DNA from: an uncultured Pseudomonadota bacterium
Lineage (GTDB): Bacteria; Pseudomonadota; Gammaproteobacteria; Steroidobacterales; Steroidobacteraceae
Direction of reading: 5' to 3'
Length of the DNA stretch: 64,000 nucleotides
Assembly (NCBI GenBank): GCA_963839685.1
Contig: CAWIVS010000002.1
Coordinates: 358,859-422,858, forward strand
The translations under genes and the position numbers were made by a program. Positions 34,306 through 45,402 of this stretch are shown here, piece after piece. The first letter of the stretch is position 1. Each line of letters starts with the position of its first letter. Under the pieces are notes generated by a model. The model was not told the DNA's origin. It did not search any database and worked only from the letters and a program-made list of their open reading frames with translations.

Positions 34306-35405
34306 TGTCCATGAGAGTGTCTCGAGAGACCCCTTTGTGCCCAGACGTGAATCTGCTGCGTTTGAGAAGATTTCTCATGTGAAGGTGAGTGACGGCCTCA
34401 TTTTATGTCACGGCGTGACCACATCCCCTGCGCTTCGGCTTTCTTGCAGGTGCCCACGTCGCCGGAGTAGTTGCCGCCTTGGCGCCGGAAGTGTCGAAGC
34501 GTCATCGAGTCGTCGGACTGACTGTCGACTTCAGCCTCGAGCAAGCCATTCGGAGCGACCACGCAGTTCAAGAGCTCACCGGGCCGTCCGAGTCGGAAGG
34601 CGGCGTCAGCGCGAAGATATCCGCGCGAGTCGCGACCACCGCCGCCAGGGCTACCGGGTAATCCCGTGATTTCACGTTTTCCCTCCGCATGGCTGACGTC
34701 CCTTGTTTGTGGTGCCCAGGCGACTCAAAGTTCATAATCGCAATCGATAGGTCAATGGCCTAACTAGTTTGTCGCGCGATGACGCGTTTTTGTACTGCAT
34801 CAGTGACGCGCAGCACGTATACTGTACGCATACACAGGAAAGGATGTCCGTCATGCGTTCCATCGACGAGCTCGCGACGCGAGATCTGCACTCTGGCCGG
34901 CCACATCAACGCGGCGAACCATCGCTGGTTGTTGCTGGTCGCTGAATACGATCGGCGCAATGGCTGGTCGGACAGCGCCACGCAGTCATGTGCCCACTGG
35001 CTGAACTGGAAGTGCGGAATCGCGATGGGCGCGGCGCGGGAGAAAGTGCGCGTCGCGCATGCGCTCGAGAATCTGCCAAAGATATCCGCGGCAATGGCGA
35101 GCGGAAAGTTGAGCTATTCCAAGGTGCGCGAGATCACGCGCGTTGCGAGTGCGGAAACCGAGGATTACCTGCTGATGATCGCCGAGCACGGCACCGCGCA
35201 GCACGTCGAGAAACTCGTGCGTGCATATCGCCGTTGCCAGGAGGCCGAGGAGTTGTCGCGCGAGGCGCGGCAGCAGCAAAACCGGCGCGTGAGCTATCGA
35301 TACGACGACGACGGCTCGCTCGTGCTGAATTGCCGGCTGCCGGCGGAGGCCGGCGCGCGGATCATGAAGGCGCTCGACATCGCGGTCCAGGAATTACCCG
35401 AGCAG

Positions 35406-35425
35406 GACGTTCCAGCTGGAACGTC
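35406..35425. repeat. perfect 20-bp palindrome GACGTTCCAGCTGGAACGTC
   Basis: Read directly. It lies inside the HNH gene (codes DVPAGTS). The 18-bp core recurs at 36098 and 52811. Confidence 0.9.
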
Positions 35426-36097
35426 GGAGCACCGGTTTCGTTCAGTGCGCGCCGCGCGGATGCCCTCGCCCTCGTCGCCGAGAGCTTCCTGGCGCAGGGC
35501 GCGCATCGAAGCCGCCGGCGCCGAGCGCTATCAGATCGTGGTGCATGTCGCGGAGGAGACCTTGCGAGACCGCACCGCGGGATGCTGCGAGTTTGAACAC
35601 GGACCCTCGATGGCGGCGGAGACCGCGCGTCGGCTCGCCTGCGACGCAAGCGTCGTCGAATTGACCGAAAACGATGACGGTGAGCCGCTCAATGTCGGCC
35701 GCAAGACGCGGACGATCTCCGCGCCGTTGCGCCGCGCGCTCAATGCGCGCGACAAGGGCTGCCGATTTCCCGGCTGCGCGAACACCCGCTACATCGATGC
35801 GCATCACGTCGAGCACTGGGCCAACGGCGGCGAGACGAAGCCATCCAATCTCGTCTCGCTATGCCGGTTCCACCATCACGCCGTTCATGAAGGCGGCATT
35901 CGGATCGAGATGCTCGATGACGGCGCGTTGAGGTTCATCAAGCCGAATGGCGTGGCAGTCGACAGCGTTGCGCCCGGGTACACGCAGCCGCTCGGCGACT
36001 GGAAGCAGCTTCCGGCCGGCAAGCTGGTGAATCGCTGGCAGGGCGAGAAGATGGATCTCGATCTCGGCATCGAGGTGCTGCTCGAATCGGGCGAAGA

Positions 36098-36115
36098 ACG
36101 TTCCAGCTGGAACGT
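36098..36115. repeat. perfect 18-bp palindrome ACGTTCCAGCTGGAACGT (second copy)
   Basis: Part of a 32-nt string, GGGCGAAGAACGTTCCAGCTGGAACGTCAGCG (36089-36120), that is identical to 52802-52833. Confidence 0.9.
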
Positions 36116-36133
36116 CAGCGGAGCCCTGCTAGC

Positions 36134-36210
36134 ATGGCGCTCGGCGCGACTATACATTCGACATCGAGCTCACCGATTCGGATCGCGCGGTCTACCAGGC
36201 GCTTCTGCGC
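36134..36210 (+). pseudogene. 5' fragment of a yaeQ-like gene
   Basis: ATG at 36134, one nt after the HNH stop. It reads MALGATI..FDIELTDSDRAVYQAL, with one frame slip at ~36155. This resembles the YaeQ N-terminus (MALKATIYK..L.vAD.DR..Y). No YaeQ-like sequence follows. Confidence 0.4.
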
Positions 36211-36372
36211 CATGGGAGCCCCGTGCCGGGCGGCTCCACGTGTCGGTTGCAAACCACAGCCCGTAGCACCGCTGCGAACCCTGAAGGGGTCCCACGTGAT
36301 GAGCACCCTGTCCTATACCGGGTGCGCGAGTCATCTGATTAGATTCCCCTCAACACATCAGGGGGACATCGT

Positions 36373-36560
36373 CGTGAGCGCGCTTCGCGCCGGACTCGTT
36401 CCGTTCGCTGCGCTGGCGCTGTCGCTCGTCTTCCAGCAGCCCGCCACACTAGCTGCAGGTGTTCGTGGATGGTGCGCTGGTCGCAAGCGCGCATGATGGG
36501 GCGATCGCGAGCGGGCAGTACGGGCTGGCAACGTATCGGGCGGCGGCGACGTGGGAGAGT
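36373..36560 (+). pseudogene. remnant of a secreted LamG-like paralog (signal peptide fused to last beta-strands)
   Basis: The signal-like part is VSALRAGLVPFAALALSLVFQQPATLAA. Then, in another frame, LQVFVDGALVASAHDGAIASGQYGLATYRAAATWE parallels the domain ends RVYLDGNLVLEAWDD...RSYRTAADYDN and RAYVNRRLVLEGTD...VTYRAAADYDN of the gene downstream. Confidence 0.35.
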
Positions 36561-36684
36561 TCGTGCTGCGTCCGCTCGTTATCGAGGATATAGCCGCTTT
36601 CAGCCCTCCTTGACTCAGCGGCAACTGAGTGAGCGTGGGCACGCCACGCGACCTTAAGGTCACAATTTGTATATGAGGTGTGTA

Positions 36685-38907
36685 ATGAAGACCCTTCTCG
36701 CGAGCGTCGCCGCAATCGGCGTCGCTGGGCTCGTGCATGCCCACCCATTGGTTATCGAAGAGTCATCCCGGATAGCGCCGCCACCCGGCGTCGAAGGCTT
36801 AGGGGGTCAGGTTGCGCTCGACGGCAACGAGGCAGTGGCTCTCAATTTCTACTCGTATCCCGATGAAGGCGGCTACGACTCCTGGACGATCACCAGCGCC
36901 TATCTATTCCGCCGCGCCGGCACGACCTGGACCTACGTTCGCAAACTGGCCGAGGGCACAGACCACAGCGGGGACGATGCCACCAACCGCGATCCGATCG
37001 CGATGAAGAACGGCGTGCTCGCGCTGGCGTTCGAACCCATGAACATCTTCGAGCGCGAGAACGGCACCTGGGTGCAGAAGCTGATCGGCGCGCCCCCGGG
37101 TCAGCCGAGCGCCGGGCACGGCCCCGCGAGCGAGGTCAAAATCGACGGGGGGCGCATATTCGTCGGAGGCTACAGCTGGGGCGGGACCATCTTCGAAAAG
37201 AATTCCACCACCGGTAACTGGGTGAGTCGCGCCGTACTCTCAGGCGACAACAGCGGCGACACCGACAATGCCGTCGGCGGCGACATCGACCTTTCGCCGA
37301 ACTGGGCGGTGGTGCATAGCCCTTACGACGTGGACGCGTTGCCGTCGCCCGCGGTGCACGTGTTCCAGCGCATGGGCACGAGTTGGCCGCTGCACGCACG
37401 GCTCGTGCCCGAGCCAGCTCATACCTTTGGCGCCGTCGCGATCCGTGACGACGAATTGTTCATCGGGGACTACCCGCGCTTCGGCGCCGGAGTGTGGCGT
37501 CGCAATTCCTCGAACGAATGGTATCGCAGCGACAATCTGCGTACCGCCACCGACTTCGCGAGTGGGGAGTGGGGCAACGAGATCGTCGAGTCCGACCAGT
37601 ACGTGTTCCAGCAGCGCTGGAACGCCGATCGTGGCGCGCTTGTCATAAACGTATTCCAGCGGCGAGAACGGAACTGGGCCCTACCGGCACGTCGCCATCC
37701 TCGCTGCAAAGGACGGCATCGATCTGGGTGAATCGATTTCGCCGAGCGGACGCGGTGTGCTCGTGAGCGGCAGCGGCGGGATCTGGCCTTACTACTTCGA
37801 GCTGCCGCAGAGTTTCGCGCAGCCGGCGCTGTTCCAGGACACATTCGCCACCGGCAATGGTCTTGGGTGGACTTCGCTGCCGGGCAGCCAGTTCGCGGTG
37901 GTCCAGAGCGGCAATACACGCGTGTTCCGCCAGACCAGCACGGCCGGCAACGCCGGCGCCGTGCTCGACGCCTATGACTGGACCAGCCAGGCCATCCAGG
38001 CGGATGTGAAGCCGACCGCGATCAACGGCACCGATCGCTGGGTGGGGCTCGCGACGCGCCGCACCGACGCATCCAACTACTATTACGTCACACTGCGCAG
38101 CTCCGGCATCATCCAGCTCAAGCGCAGCCAGGGCGGCGTGCTCGCCACGCTCGACAGCGCGAGCGTGCCGTGGGCGCTCAATCGAACATACCGGCTGCGA
38201 CTCGAGTCCGTGGGCACACTGCATCGCGTTTACCTGGACGGCAACCTGGTGCTCGAAGCGTGGGACGACGCGCTGTCGCACGGGCGCGCCGCGCTGCGCT
38301 CATACCGCACAGCCGCCGATTACGACAATGTCATCGTCAGCCCGTTTCCTCACCCAGACTATCTATTCCGCGAGCGACGGGGATGGTATGGAATCCGCCG
38401 CAGCTTCAGCCCGCGCCCTGGACCTATTCGGGCAGCGGCCAGTGGTCGTGGCAGTACGAAGGCACCGCTGTCCATTTCAAGCAGACCTCTACCGCGACGG
38501 ATGCGCGCGCGGCGGTCGGCCCGGAGCAGACCGTCAACGATCAGATCGTGGAGGCGCGCGTGCGGCCGCGCGCGTTCAACGCGACAGGCAGTCCCTGGTT
38601 CGGCCTCATGGCCAGATACCGTGGCCCAAACAACTACGTTTACGTCTCGCTGCGCAGCTCGAACACCTTGACGCTGCGCAAAGTGCAAAGCGGCAACGTC
38701 ATCCAGCTGGGCAGCGCAGTGCTGACCGTGACGCCCAACACCTGGTACACCGTGAGACTCGAGGCCGTGGGTTCGCGCCTCCGTGCCTATGTGAACCGGC
38801 GGCTGGTCCTCGAAGGCACCGATCCCCAGCCCGTGACCGGCCGCGTTGGCCTCGTGACCTACCGAGCCGCGGCCGATTACGACAACATCCGGGCCGTCGT
38901 TCCGTAG
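36685..38907 (+). CDS. large secreted protein: N-terminal propeller-like region plus two LamG/concanavalin-like repeats, at least three frame interruptions
   Basis: The signal peptide is MKTLLASVAAIGVAGLVHA. The body is spread over ORFs 36667..37731, 37757..38671 and 38170..38907. The two C-terminal repeats each end in AADYDN(V/I). Frame changes lie near 37680 and 38370-38400. Confidence 0.55.
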
Positions 38908-38918
38908 GTAGGGCCCTG

Positions 38919-38990
38919 CGACATCGAGCTCGCCGATTCGGATCGCGCCGTCTACCAGTCGCTGAATCTGCGCGTCGCGCAGCATCCGAG
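38919..38990 (+). pseudogene. second yaeQ-like 5' fragment (no start codon)
   Basis: It translates to DIELADSDRAVYQSLNLRVAQHPS. At DNA level it repeats 36160-36205 (gacatcgagctc.ccgattcggatcgcgc.gtctaccag). Confidence 0.4.
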
Positions 38991-39080
38991 CTCGCGCGGC
39001 CACTTGGCTGAGGGGCGCAGGCACATCGAGTTCCTGCGCCGCCCATGCAATACTTCGACGCAGAACAAAAGGAGTCAGCG

Positions 39081-39272
39081 ATGCTGGACACCGGATACAA
39101 CGGCCTTGTGGGCCTGCTGATACTGGCCGGCGACGTCTGGGCGATCATCAATATTTTCCAGAGCTCCGCCTCCAACGAGAAGAAGCTGCTTTGGACACTC
39201 GTGGTGCTGCTGCTGCCGCTGCTGGGCCTGATCCTATGGTTCTTTCTCGGGCCACGAGGCGGCAGGACGTAA
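39081..39272 (+). CDS. small membrane protein with PLD-nuclease N-terminal (PLDc_N) type motif
   Basis: AAAGGAG RBS. MLDTGYNGLVGLLILAGDVWAIINIF ... KKLLWTLVVLLLPLLGLILWFFLGPRG gives two TM helices. Confidence 0.55.
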   Translation: MLDTGYNGLVGLLILAGDVWAIINIFQSSASNEKKLLWTLVVLLLPLLGLILWFFLGPRGGRT

Positions 39273-39285
39273 GTCGCCGGCGATT

Positions 39286-39594
39286 CTACAGCCGCTCGAA
39301 CGAGCTGGCGCGCATCACTATATCCTGCTGTCGGAAGCGTTTGCCTAACTGCTCCCGATAGTTGCGCCACCAATCGCGATCCAGCGTTTCGGTCATTACT
39401 TCGAAGCTGACAAGGTCGTCCCGTCGCACCCGACCGGTTTCGTCCGCCCACACTCCCATTGCCGGAGATCGCATGAAAGCGGTGACACCGCCGAAGCGCT
39501 CGGTGAGCTCGCTGCGAACGCGCTCGAACTCATCCTTCGGAAAGCGCAAACCGTCGTTATCAAAGAGAGGAAGGAGAAATTCAATCAGGATCAC
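39286..39594 (-). CDS. hypothetical protein
   Basis: Probable GTG start at 39594 (VILIEFLLPLFDNDG...), overlapping the ThuA stop. No motif recognised. Confidence 0.4.
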   Translation of the reverse strand: MILIEFLLPLFDNDGLRFPKDEFERVRSELTERFGGVTAFMRSPAMGVWADETGRVRRDDLVSFEVMTETLDRDWWRNYREQLGKRFRQQDIVMRASSFERL

Positions 39595-40366
39595 GGACAG
39601 CCATCCCGAATCCATTGCCGGTTGCCGCCCAGTAGATGCCGCCGTAGACATGGTGCATGAAGCTCGCGTCGCCATAAGTCGCGGGCAGATGACCCAGCGC
39701 CGTGTAGAACGCGCGGCCGCCATCGTATTCCTGGTACCACGCGATCGGATGGAATTTGCCCATCCCCTTGCCCGATTTCGTGCCCCAGTTCGCCTCGGGT
39801 TTGTACGTGGTCTCGTCCACGCTCAGCAGGTAGTGGAGCTTTGAGCGCGCGGCGTCGAACTCGTACCACTCCTCGGTGAACAAGAACCGCTTCGGGAAGC
39901 GGTCCATGCCCGGGAAGTTGGGATCCTCGACCTTGATGGTCGCGGTCTGCACCGCGGGATGGATGTGGAACATGTGCCCGACCATCTTGGTGTACCAGGG
40001 CCAGCCGTATTCGGTGTCCGCCGCGGCGTGGATCCCGACGAAGCCGCCGCCCGCCTTGATGTAGCGCTCGAAGGCGGCCTGCTGCTCGTCGTTGAGGATG
40101 TCGCCGGTGGTGCTCAGGAAGATCACCACCTTGTACTTCTTGAGCTCCTCGTCTTTGAACACGCGCGCGGCGTCCTCGGTCCAGAACACGTTGAAGTCGT
40201 GCAACTGCCCGAGGCCACGGATCGCCTTGACGCCCTCGAGGATGGATTCGTGGTGCCATCCGGCCGTTTTCGAGAACAGCAGCACGCTGAACTGTTCCGC
40301 GTGGGCGATGCTCGTGGCGAGCAGACCGAGAAGGGAAAGCAGGAGAAGGCGGTAGTGTTTGATCAT
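39581..40366 (-). CDS. ThuA domain protein (secreted)
   Basis: Intact 261-aa ORF with a signal peptide and FSVLLFSKTAGWHHESI ... GGGFVGIHAA, typical of ThuA-like class I glutamine-amidotransferase-fold proteins. Confidence 0.75.
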   Translation of the reverse strand: MIKHYRLLLLSLLGLLATSIAHAEQFSVLLFSKTAGWHHESILEGVKAIRGLGQLHDFNVFWTEDAARVFKDEELKKYKVVIFLSTTGDILNDEQQAAFERYIKAGGGFVGIHAAADTEYGWPWYTKMVGHMFHIHPAVQTATIKVEDPNFPGMDRFPKRFLFTEEWYEFDAARSKLHYLLSVDETTYKPEANWGTKSGKGMGKFHPIAWYQEYDGGRAFYTALGHLPATYGDASFMHHVYGGIYWAATGNGFGMAVRDPD

Positions 40367-42403
40367 GGTGAGGCCTTCAGTTGCGCCGGCAATGTAACCT
40401 TCGGCGCCGTAGTGAACGGTTCGATCCCAAACTTCGGATACGCCTCACTCGGGTAATAAAACACCCCATCCTTGACTACCATCGCGATCGTCTTGATCGC
40501 TTTGAGGTCTTTCGTCGGATCGCCGGGTACGAGGAAGAAGTCGGCGAGCTTTCCTTTTTCGATCGAACCCCTGCTTTGCTCCTGCCCGACGTAGCGCGCG
40601 CTGTCCCAGGTTGCTCGCTTGAGGATCTCGGGCGCCGTCATGCCGGCTGATTGATACAGCTCCAGTTCGCGGTGGTAGGTGAACGAGCCGCCGGTATCGG
40701 TGCCGAAGACGATGAACACGCCGCGATCATGCAGTTGCCGGACAACGCCCAGAAGTTTTTCGAACGCCTGGCGGTAGGCCAGATCGTCGCCGGGCGCCGA
40801 GGTATCGGCCAAGGCTTTCATCGCGTCGCGACGTGTGCCGATCGGCATGTGCGACAGATAATCCGCTGCGCCGCGCGGCACTTGACCATCGCGGTTTAAC
40901 GCCAGGTTCTCGTGGATGCCCAAGGTTGGGTCTATGACTTTCTTGCCCTTCACCATCAAATCGATCGTGTGTTGCACCTTGGCACTGTTCAGATCCAGCG
41001 CGGGCAGGCGCTTCAGTGCCGTGAGGCGAAACAGCGTGCGCGTGTCTTCGTCCGGTGCGATCAGCCAACCCAGCACGAACTGATTGATGTGAGTCACCTC
41101 GTCATAGCCGGCTTCGATCATCTGATCGGCGCTTGCGAAAGCTGGCACGTGCCCGGCGACGCGCATCCCCAGGCGATGCGCCTCCTCGACGATCGCGGGC
41201 ACCCACTCGGGGTTCATGCTGTTGTAAACCTTGATCTGCCAGAAACCCCGCGCGCCGTACCAGCGTACCGCGTCGAGCGCCTTCTCCTGGCTATCGACCA
41301 CGATGCCGTTATTGGCACTGAATGGACTGCGGCCTTCGATTAAGCCCGAGCGGATGACGTGAGGCCCGCCGATCTCGCCGGACTCGATCCTGCGCACCAG
41401 CGCATCGAGCTACCGCATTGTCGTTGCCCATGTCGCGTACGCTGGTAATACCGGCCAGCACGTTGAGCAGCGCGCTGTTCTGGTTCACGTGCCCGTGCAT
41501 CTCGTACATGCCGGCAATCAGCGTGCCGCCCGCCGCATCGATAGTGACCTCGCCCGGACTGGCCGGACTATCGACGGGCTCGATCGCGGCAATCTGCTTG
41601 CCGTTGACCAGCACGCTCACCGGCACGGTCAGCGCACTGGTCTTGGGATCGAACAAACGCACATTGCGGATACGCGTCGGCCCGCCGTAATCGTGCGCGA
41701 CTGCGCGCTGTATCACGGCGAAGCGCTCGGTGCTCCAATCGGCGGCGAGCTTGCGCAGTCTGACCTGTTCGCCTTCGTAGCCTTCGCGCACCACTACCGC
41801 TGTCGGGGACACCGACGCGAACAGGTCTCCCTCGGCGTCGAGCAACATCGTCTCGGGTATGGTGCGAATGCCGGAAAGCACATAGCGCGTAACCTCGATC
41901 GGTCCGCCGGCACCTTGGACGGTGAGGCTGTCGCCCTTCTCCAGCGTGACAGTTCCGCCAGGGAGCGCACGCATCGTCATGCCCGGTTGCTTGAGCAAGG
42001 CCCGCGCGTAGATTTGCAACGACCAGGGGCTGCCGCTTTGCGCGATGTAGACGGCCGGATCGGTGATCGTCGCGTGCCCCTTGCCGGTCGAGTCGAGCCA
42101 GTTCGCGCGCAACTTGTCGCGGCTGAAGCGTTCGCTCACCTTGCTGCCAAACGTGGAGGTGCCCGCGATCGTCCACGCGTTCGGCAGGCCGTCGACATCG
42201 AACGTGATGGTCTCGGAAATGGTCGGCCCGCGTCCATTGTTCTTGATGTCGAAATCGATCTTCGTGCGATTGGCGACCGTATCGACAAATACGTGGCCGA
42301 CATTTTGACCGCCGAAGATAGCGGTGTAGCGCGCAGTGTCGGCGGCGAAGGCGCAGGTTGGAACGGTGGCGAGTGCGAGCGTCAGGGCGAGTAGTCGGGT
42401 CAT
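40363..42403 (-). CDS. secreted amidohydrolase family protein, one frame interruption
   Basis: Signal peptide MTRLLALTLALATVPTCAFA, then an N-terminal beta-rich region (ORF 41309..42433). The metal-binding start MYEMHGHVN and the amidohydrolase barrel are in ORF 40363..41397. The frame change is near 41390. Confidence 0.75.
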
Positions 42404-42407
42404 CCAA

Positions 42408-42980
42408 TCACCCGCAGGGATTGGGCGGCGCAAACGCCACGCTGCCGTTCCAGCCGAGTTCTTTCATTCCGGCTTCGGTCGAGAAATAGGTCTCGGCGAC
42501 GGCGCCCTTGATGCGCTCGAAAGCTTGCCGCGTCACGTCGCTGTCCGGCTGCGCTGAGATCTTCGTGAGCAGCGCCGTCGCCTGCGCTTCCGTCAGGGCT
42601 TTCCACGGCATTCCATGCGCCTCGCGAGCCTCACGCTCGAAGGCGCCGAGCGCCTGCATGAAACGCTGTCTGCGTGTCGGTTGATTCGACGGCGAGCAGC
42701 CGGTCGAGGAACTCGGGCACCTGCGGCCGCGCGCGAGCCGGGGACGATCTGCTCACTCAAGCATCGCGAGCGTGTCAAAGGCGTGGCGATCGAGGAACAG
42801 GAGCCCCGACTCCGCGGTGGTCGCCGCGGCAGAGTCTGCAGCCACCGCCGCCACCTGATGCACGTGCGCCGCCGACGCTCGTGACGCGAAGACAACCGCG
42901 CCAACGCCGCCCGCGAGCGACTGCAGCACGGCGCGACGGCCGGCGCGAAAATGACGCAGCGGTCCAGAGTCTTCGTTCAT
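42408..42980 (-). CDS. gluconate 2-dehydrogenase subunit 3-like small Tat-exported subunit, two frame interruptions
   Basis: The Tat leader is RHFRAGRRAVLQSLAGG (ORF 42753..42980). The C-terminal EAGMKELGWNG is in ORF 42408..42659. The middle is in a third frame. It is divergent from the GMC oxidoreductase, which is the usual partner arrangement. Confidence 0.55.
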
Positions 42981-43037
42981 CGTCGCTCATCACGATCTCC
43001 TTCTCGGTCGCGTTGCCGCGAGTATAGTCCGCGCGCC

Positions 43038-44734
43038 ATGCGAGAAGGAGGCTTGCAGCCCCGGCCTCAAGAGTACGACGCGATTGTCGTCGGTTCGGGA
43101 GCATCCGGCGGGTGGGCCGCCAAGCGCATGAGCGAAGCCGGAATGCGCGTCGCGCTCGTCTGCGCCGGCCGTCCGCTGAAGGACGGCGACTACCGCGAGC
43201 ACGTGCAGCCCTACGAGCTCAAGTACCAGGCGCGCGCCAACGATCTCATCCGGCGTACGCGGCCCGTGCAGAAGGACTGCTACGCCTGCACGGAATACAA
43301 CGAAAGCTGGTTCTGCAACGACATCGACGAGCCGTACACCACCGCACAGGGCAAGCCGTTTTCGTGGCAAGGCCGCATGCGCGTCACCGGCGGGCGCACC
43401 AACGTCTGGGGCCGCCACAGCTACCGCTTCTCGCAGCAGGATCTGAAGGGTTATTCCTTCGACGGCGCCGGCGCCGACTGGCCGCTCGACTACAAGGACC
43501 TCGTTCAAGTACTACGAGCTGGTCGAGGACTATGTCGGCATCTCCGGCATGGTCGAGAACAACCCTGAGCTGCCCGACAGCAAGTTCCAGCCGTCGATGC
43601 CGCTCACCTGCGTCGAGAACAAGGTCCGCTCCGCCATCAAGACGAAGTTCGGCCGCACCCTGACGATGGGACGGTTGGCCAACCTCACCAAGCCGATCAA
43701 CGGACGCGCGCCCTGCCACTACTGCGGCCCCTGCGAGCGCGGCTGCATCACGCATTCCTATTTCAACTCCGCGTTCACCACCGTCGCCGACGCGCTCAAG
43801 ACCGGCAATTGCACGCACATCCCGAACGCCATGGTCTACCAGGTGATGATGGACAAGGCGACCAACAAGGCGCGCGGCGTCACCTACGTGGATCGCATCA
43901 CGCGCGAGACGCGCGAGATCCGCGCCAAGACCGTGGTGCTGTGCGCGCAGGCGCTCGAGTCGACGCGCATCCTGCTCAATTCGGCGAAGGATGGTCTCGG
44001 CAATTCGAGCGGCACCCTCGGCGAATACCTGATGGACCACATGTGGGTCGCCGGCGGCGCCAGCTGGCGAGTTCCCCGACATGCCGGGCAAGCCGAGCCT
44101 GAACACCGCCCACCGACCCGGCGGGCCGTACGTGATCCGCTTCCGCAACACCGCGAAGGGCGAGCGCCACAAGGACTTCCTGCGCGGCTACGGTTTTCAG
44201 GGCGGCAGCGCAGCTCAACTTCGCGTATGGGCGCGCCGGGCTTTGGCCAGGCCTACAAGGATGCCGTCAAGAACGGCCAGTGGACGATGGAGTCTCGTCG
44301 GCTTCGGCGAGTGCCTGCCCTACAAGCACAATCGCGTCACGTTGAACAAGAACGTCACCGACGTCTTCGGCATCCCCGTGCTGCACATCGACGTTGGCGT
44401 GGGGCGAGAACGAGAAGGAGATGATCCGCGACATGGCGGTGAGCGCCGGCGAGATGCTCGAGGCGTCAGGCGCGAAGAACGTGCAGCACCTTCGCGCATG
44501 AGGATCGCATCCCGGGCTACGGCATCCACGAGATGGGCTCGGCGCGCATGGGCAGCGACCCGAAGCAGTCGGTGCTGAACCAGTTCCAGCAGTCGCACGA
44601 CGTGAAGAATCTGTTCGTGATGGATGCGGCGGGTTTTCCGTCGGGGGGTGTCAGAACCCGACGCTGACGATCATGGCGATGGCGGTGAGGTCGACGGACT
44701 ATCTGATGGAGCAGTTCAAGAAGCGCAATTTGTA
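43038..44734 (+). CDS. GMC family oxidoreductase, many frame interruptions
   Basis: The FAD motif [23 protein letters not shown] is at the N-terminus. The body hops between all three frames (ORFs 42951..43568, 43549..44424, 44081..44578 and others). By my reading there are at least 7 changes. It ends ...[24 protein letters not shown]. Confidence 0.75.
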
Positions 44735-44739
44735 GGGGG

Positions 44740-45390
44740 TCAAACCTCGTCGCCGGCAAACGGCTCGTCTGTGAATCCAGCAATGCACCCGCCGCACATC
44801 CACTCGCCGTCGTCGTATATCCCATCTCCCACGTCGGTGACTTGGTGGCACCACCCACAGACCTGATTGCGGCGGAAGTCTTCATGCGAGACGCGAGACG
44901 GGTCTCGATAACCGACTCGGTGAGAAGGCACCAAAAGTGGATCAGGCGGACGCGCGAACGTTCCGCAAATGCTGCACCAACGTCCGCCGTTGTGTTCGAT
45001 GGTGCTGGTGCCCTTGCATCGGTCACAAACAATTGCGAGCTCCGCGAATCCGTCCACCCTGCGGCACTGTAGTCCGTTGCTGTTGAGGTGAAGCAGCAGC
45101 GGATCAAACCCCTTATCGCGCGAGACCACAATGCATATTGTGTCTTTCGCGGTTTCGAATGTGCGCCCGAGTTGAAACGCGATATGGAAATCCAATGCGT
45201 TCTTTCCCGAACCCGCGATCTTCTGGAACTCGACTCGCTTGAATCGATGCGCCGTTTTCGATCTTGTTGCTGATTTCGGTGGGTTCTGGCCCGCACCAAC
45301 GAACACGACTGCACGGTAGCTATCGTCGACGACCGTCAGATCAATTCTTGGAACGTTCTCGTAGTCGACCAATAGCAGATGCTTCGCCAA
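44740..45390 (-). CDS. PIN/NYN-like nuclease domain protein with C-terminal zinc ribbons
   Basis: The N-terminal LLLVDYENV ... GKNALDFHIAFQLG ... IVVSRDKGFDPLL is NYN/LabA-like. The C-terminal half has four CxxC pairs (CDRCKG, CSICG, CGWC, CGGC). GC is locally lower. Confidence 0.6.
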   Translation of the reverse strand: MAKHLLLVDYENVPRIDLTVVDDSYRAVVFVGAGQNPPKSATRSKTAHRFKRVEFQKIAGSGKNALDFHIAFQLGRTFETAKDTICIVVSRDKGFDPLLLHLNSNGLQCRRVDGFAELAIVCDRCKGTSTIEHNGGRWCSICGTFARPPDPLLVPSHRVGYRDPSRVSHEDFRRNQVCGWCHQVTDVGDGIYDDGEWMCGGCIAGFTDEPFAGDEV

Positions 45391-45402
45391 GGCGCCTCCT
45401 CT

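Larger units (their letters stand above)
34844..36132 (+). pseudogene. DUF222 + HNH endonuclease gene (REP13E12-like), several frame interruptions
   Basis: The DUF222 N-region is LAGHINAANHRWLLLVAEYDRRNGW. The HNH core is CRFPGCANTRYIDAHHVEHWANGGETKPSNLVSLCRFHHHAVHEG. Frame changes lie near 34880, 35420, 35500 and 36090. With the last change the protein ends ...NVPAGTSAEPC* at 36132. Confidence 0.75.

Noticed and set aside
36134-36496. The 120-aa ORF 36134..36496 as a real gene.
   Set aside because: Only the first ~7 codons (MALGATI) look like a known N-terminus (YaeQ), and the similarity then continues in another frame. The remainder is low-complexity read-through of scraps.
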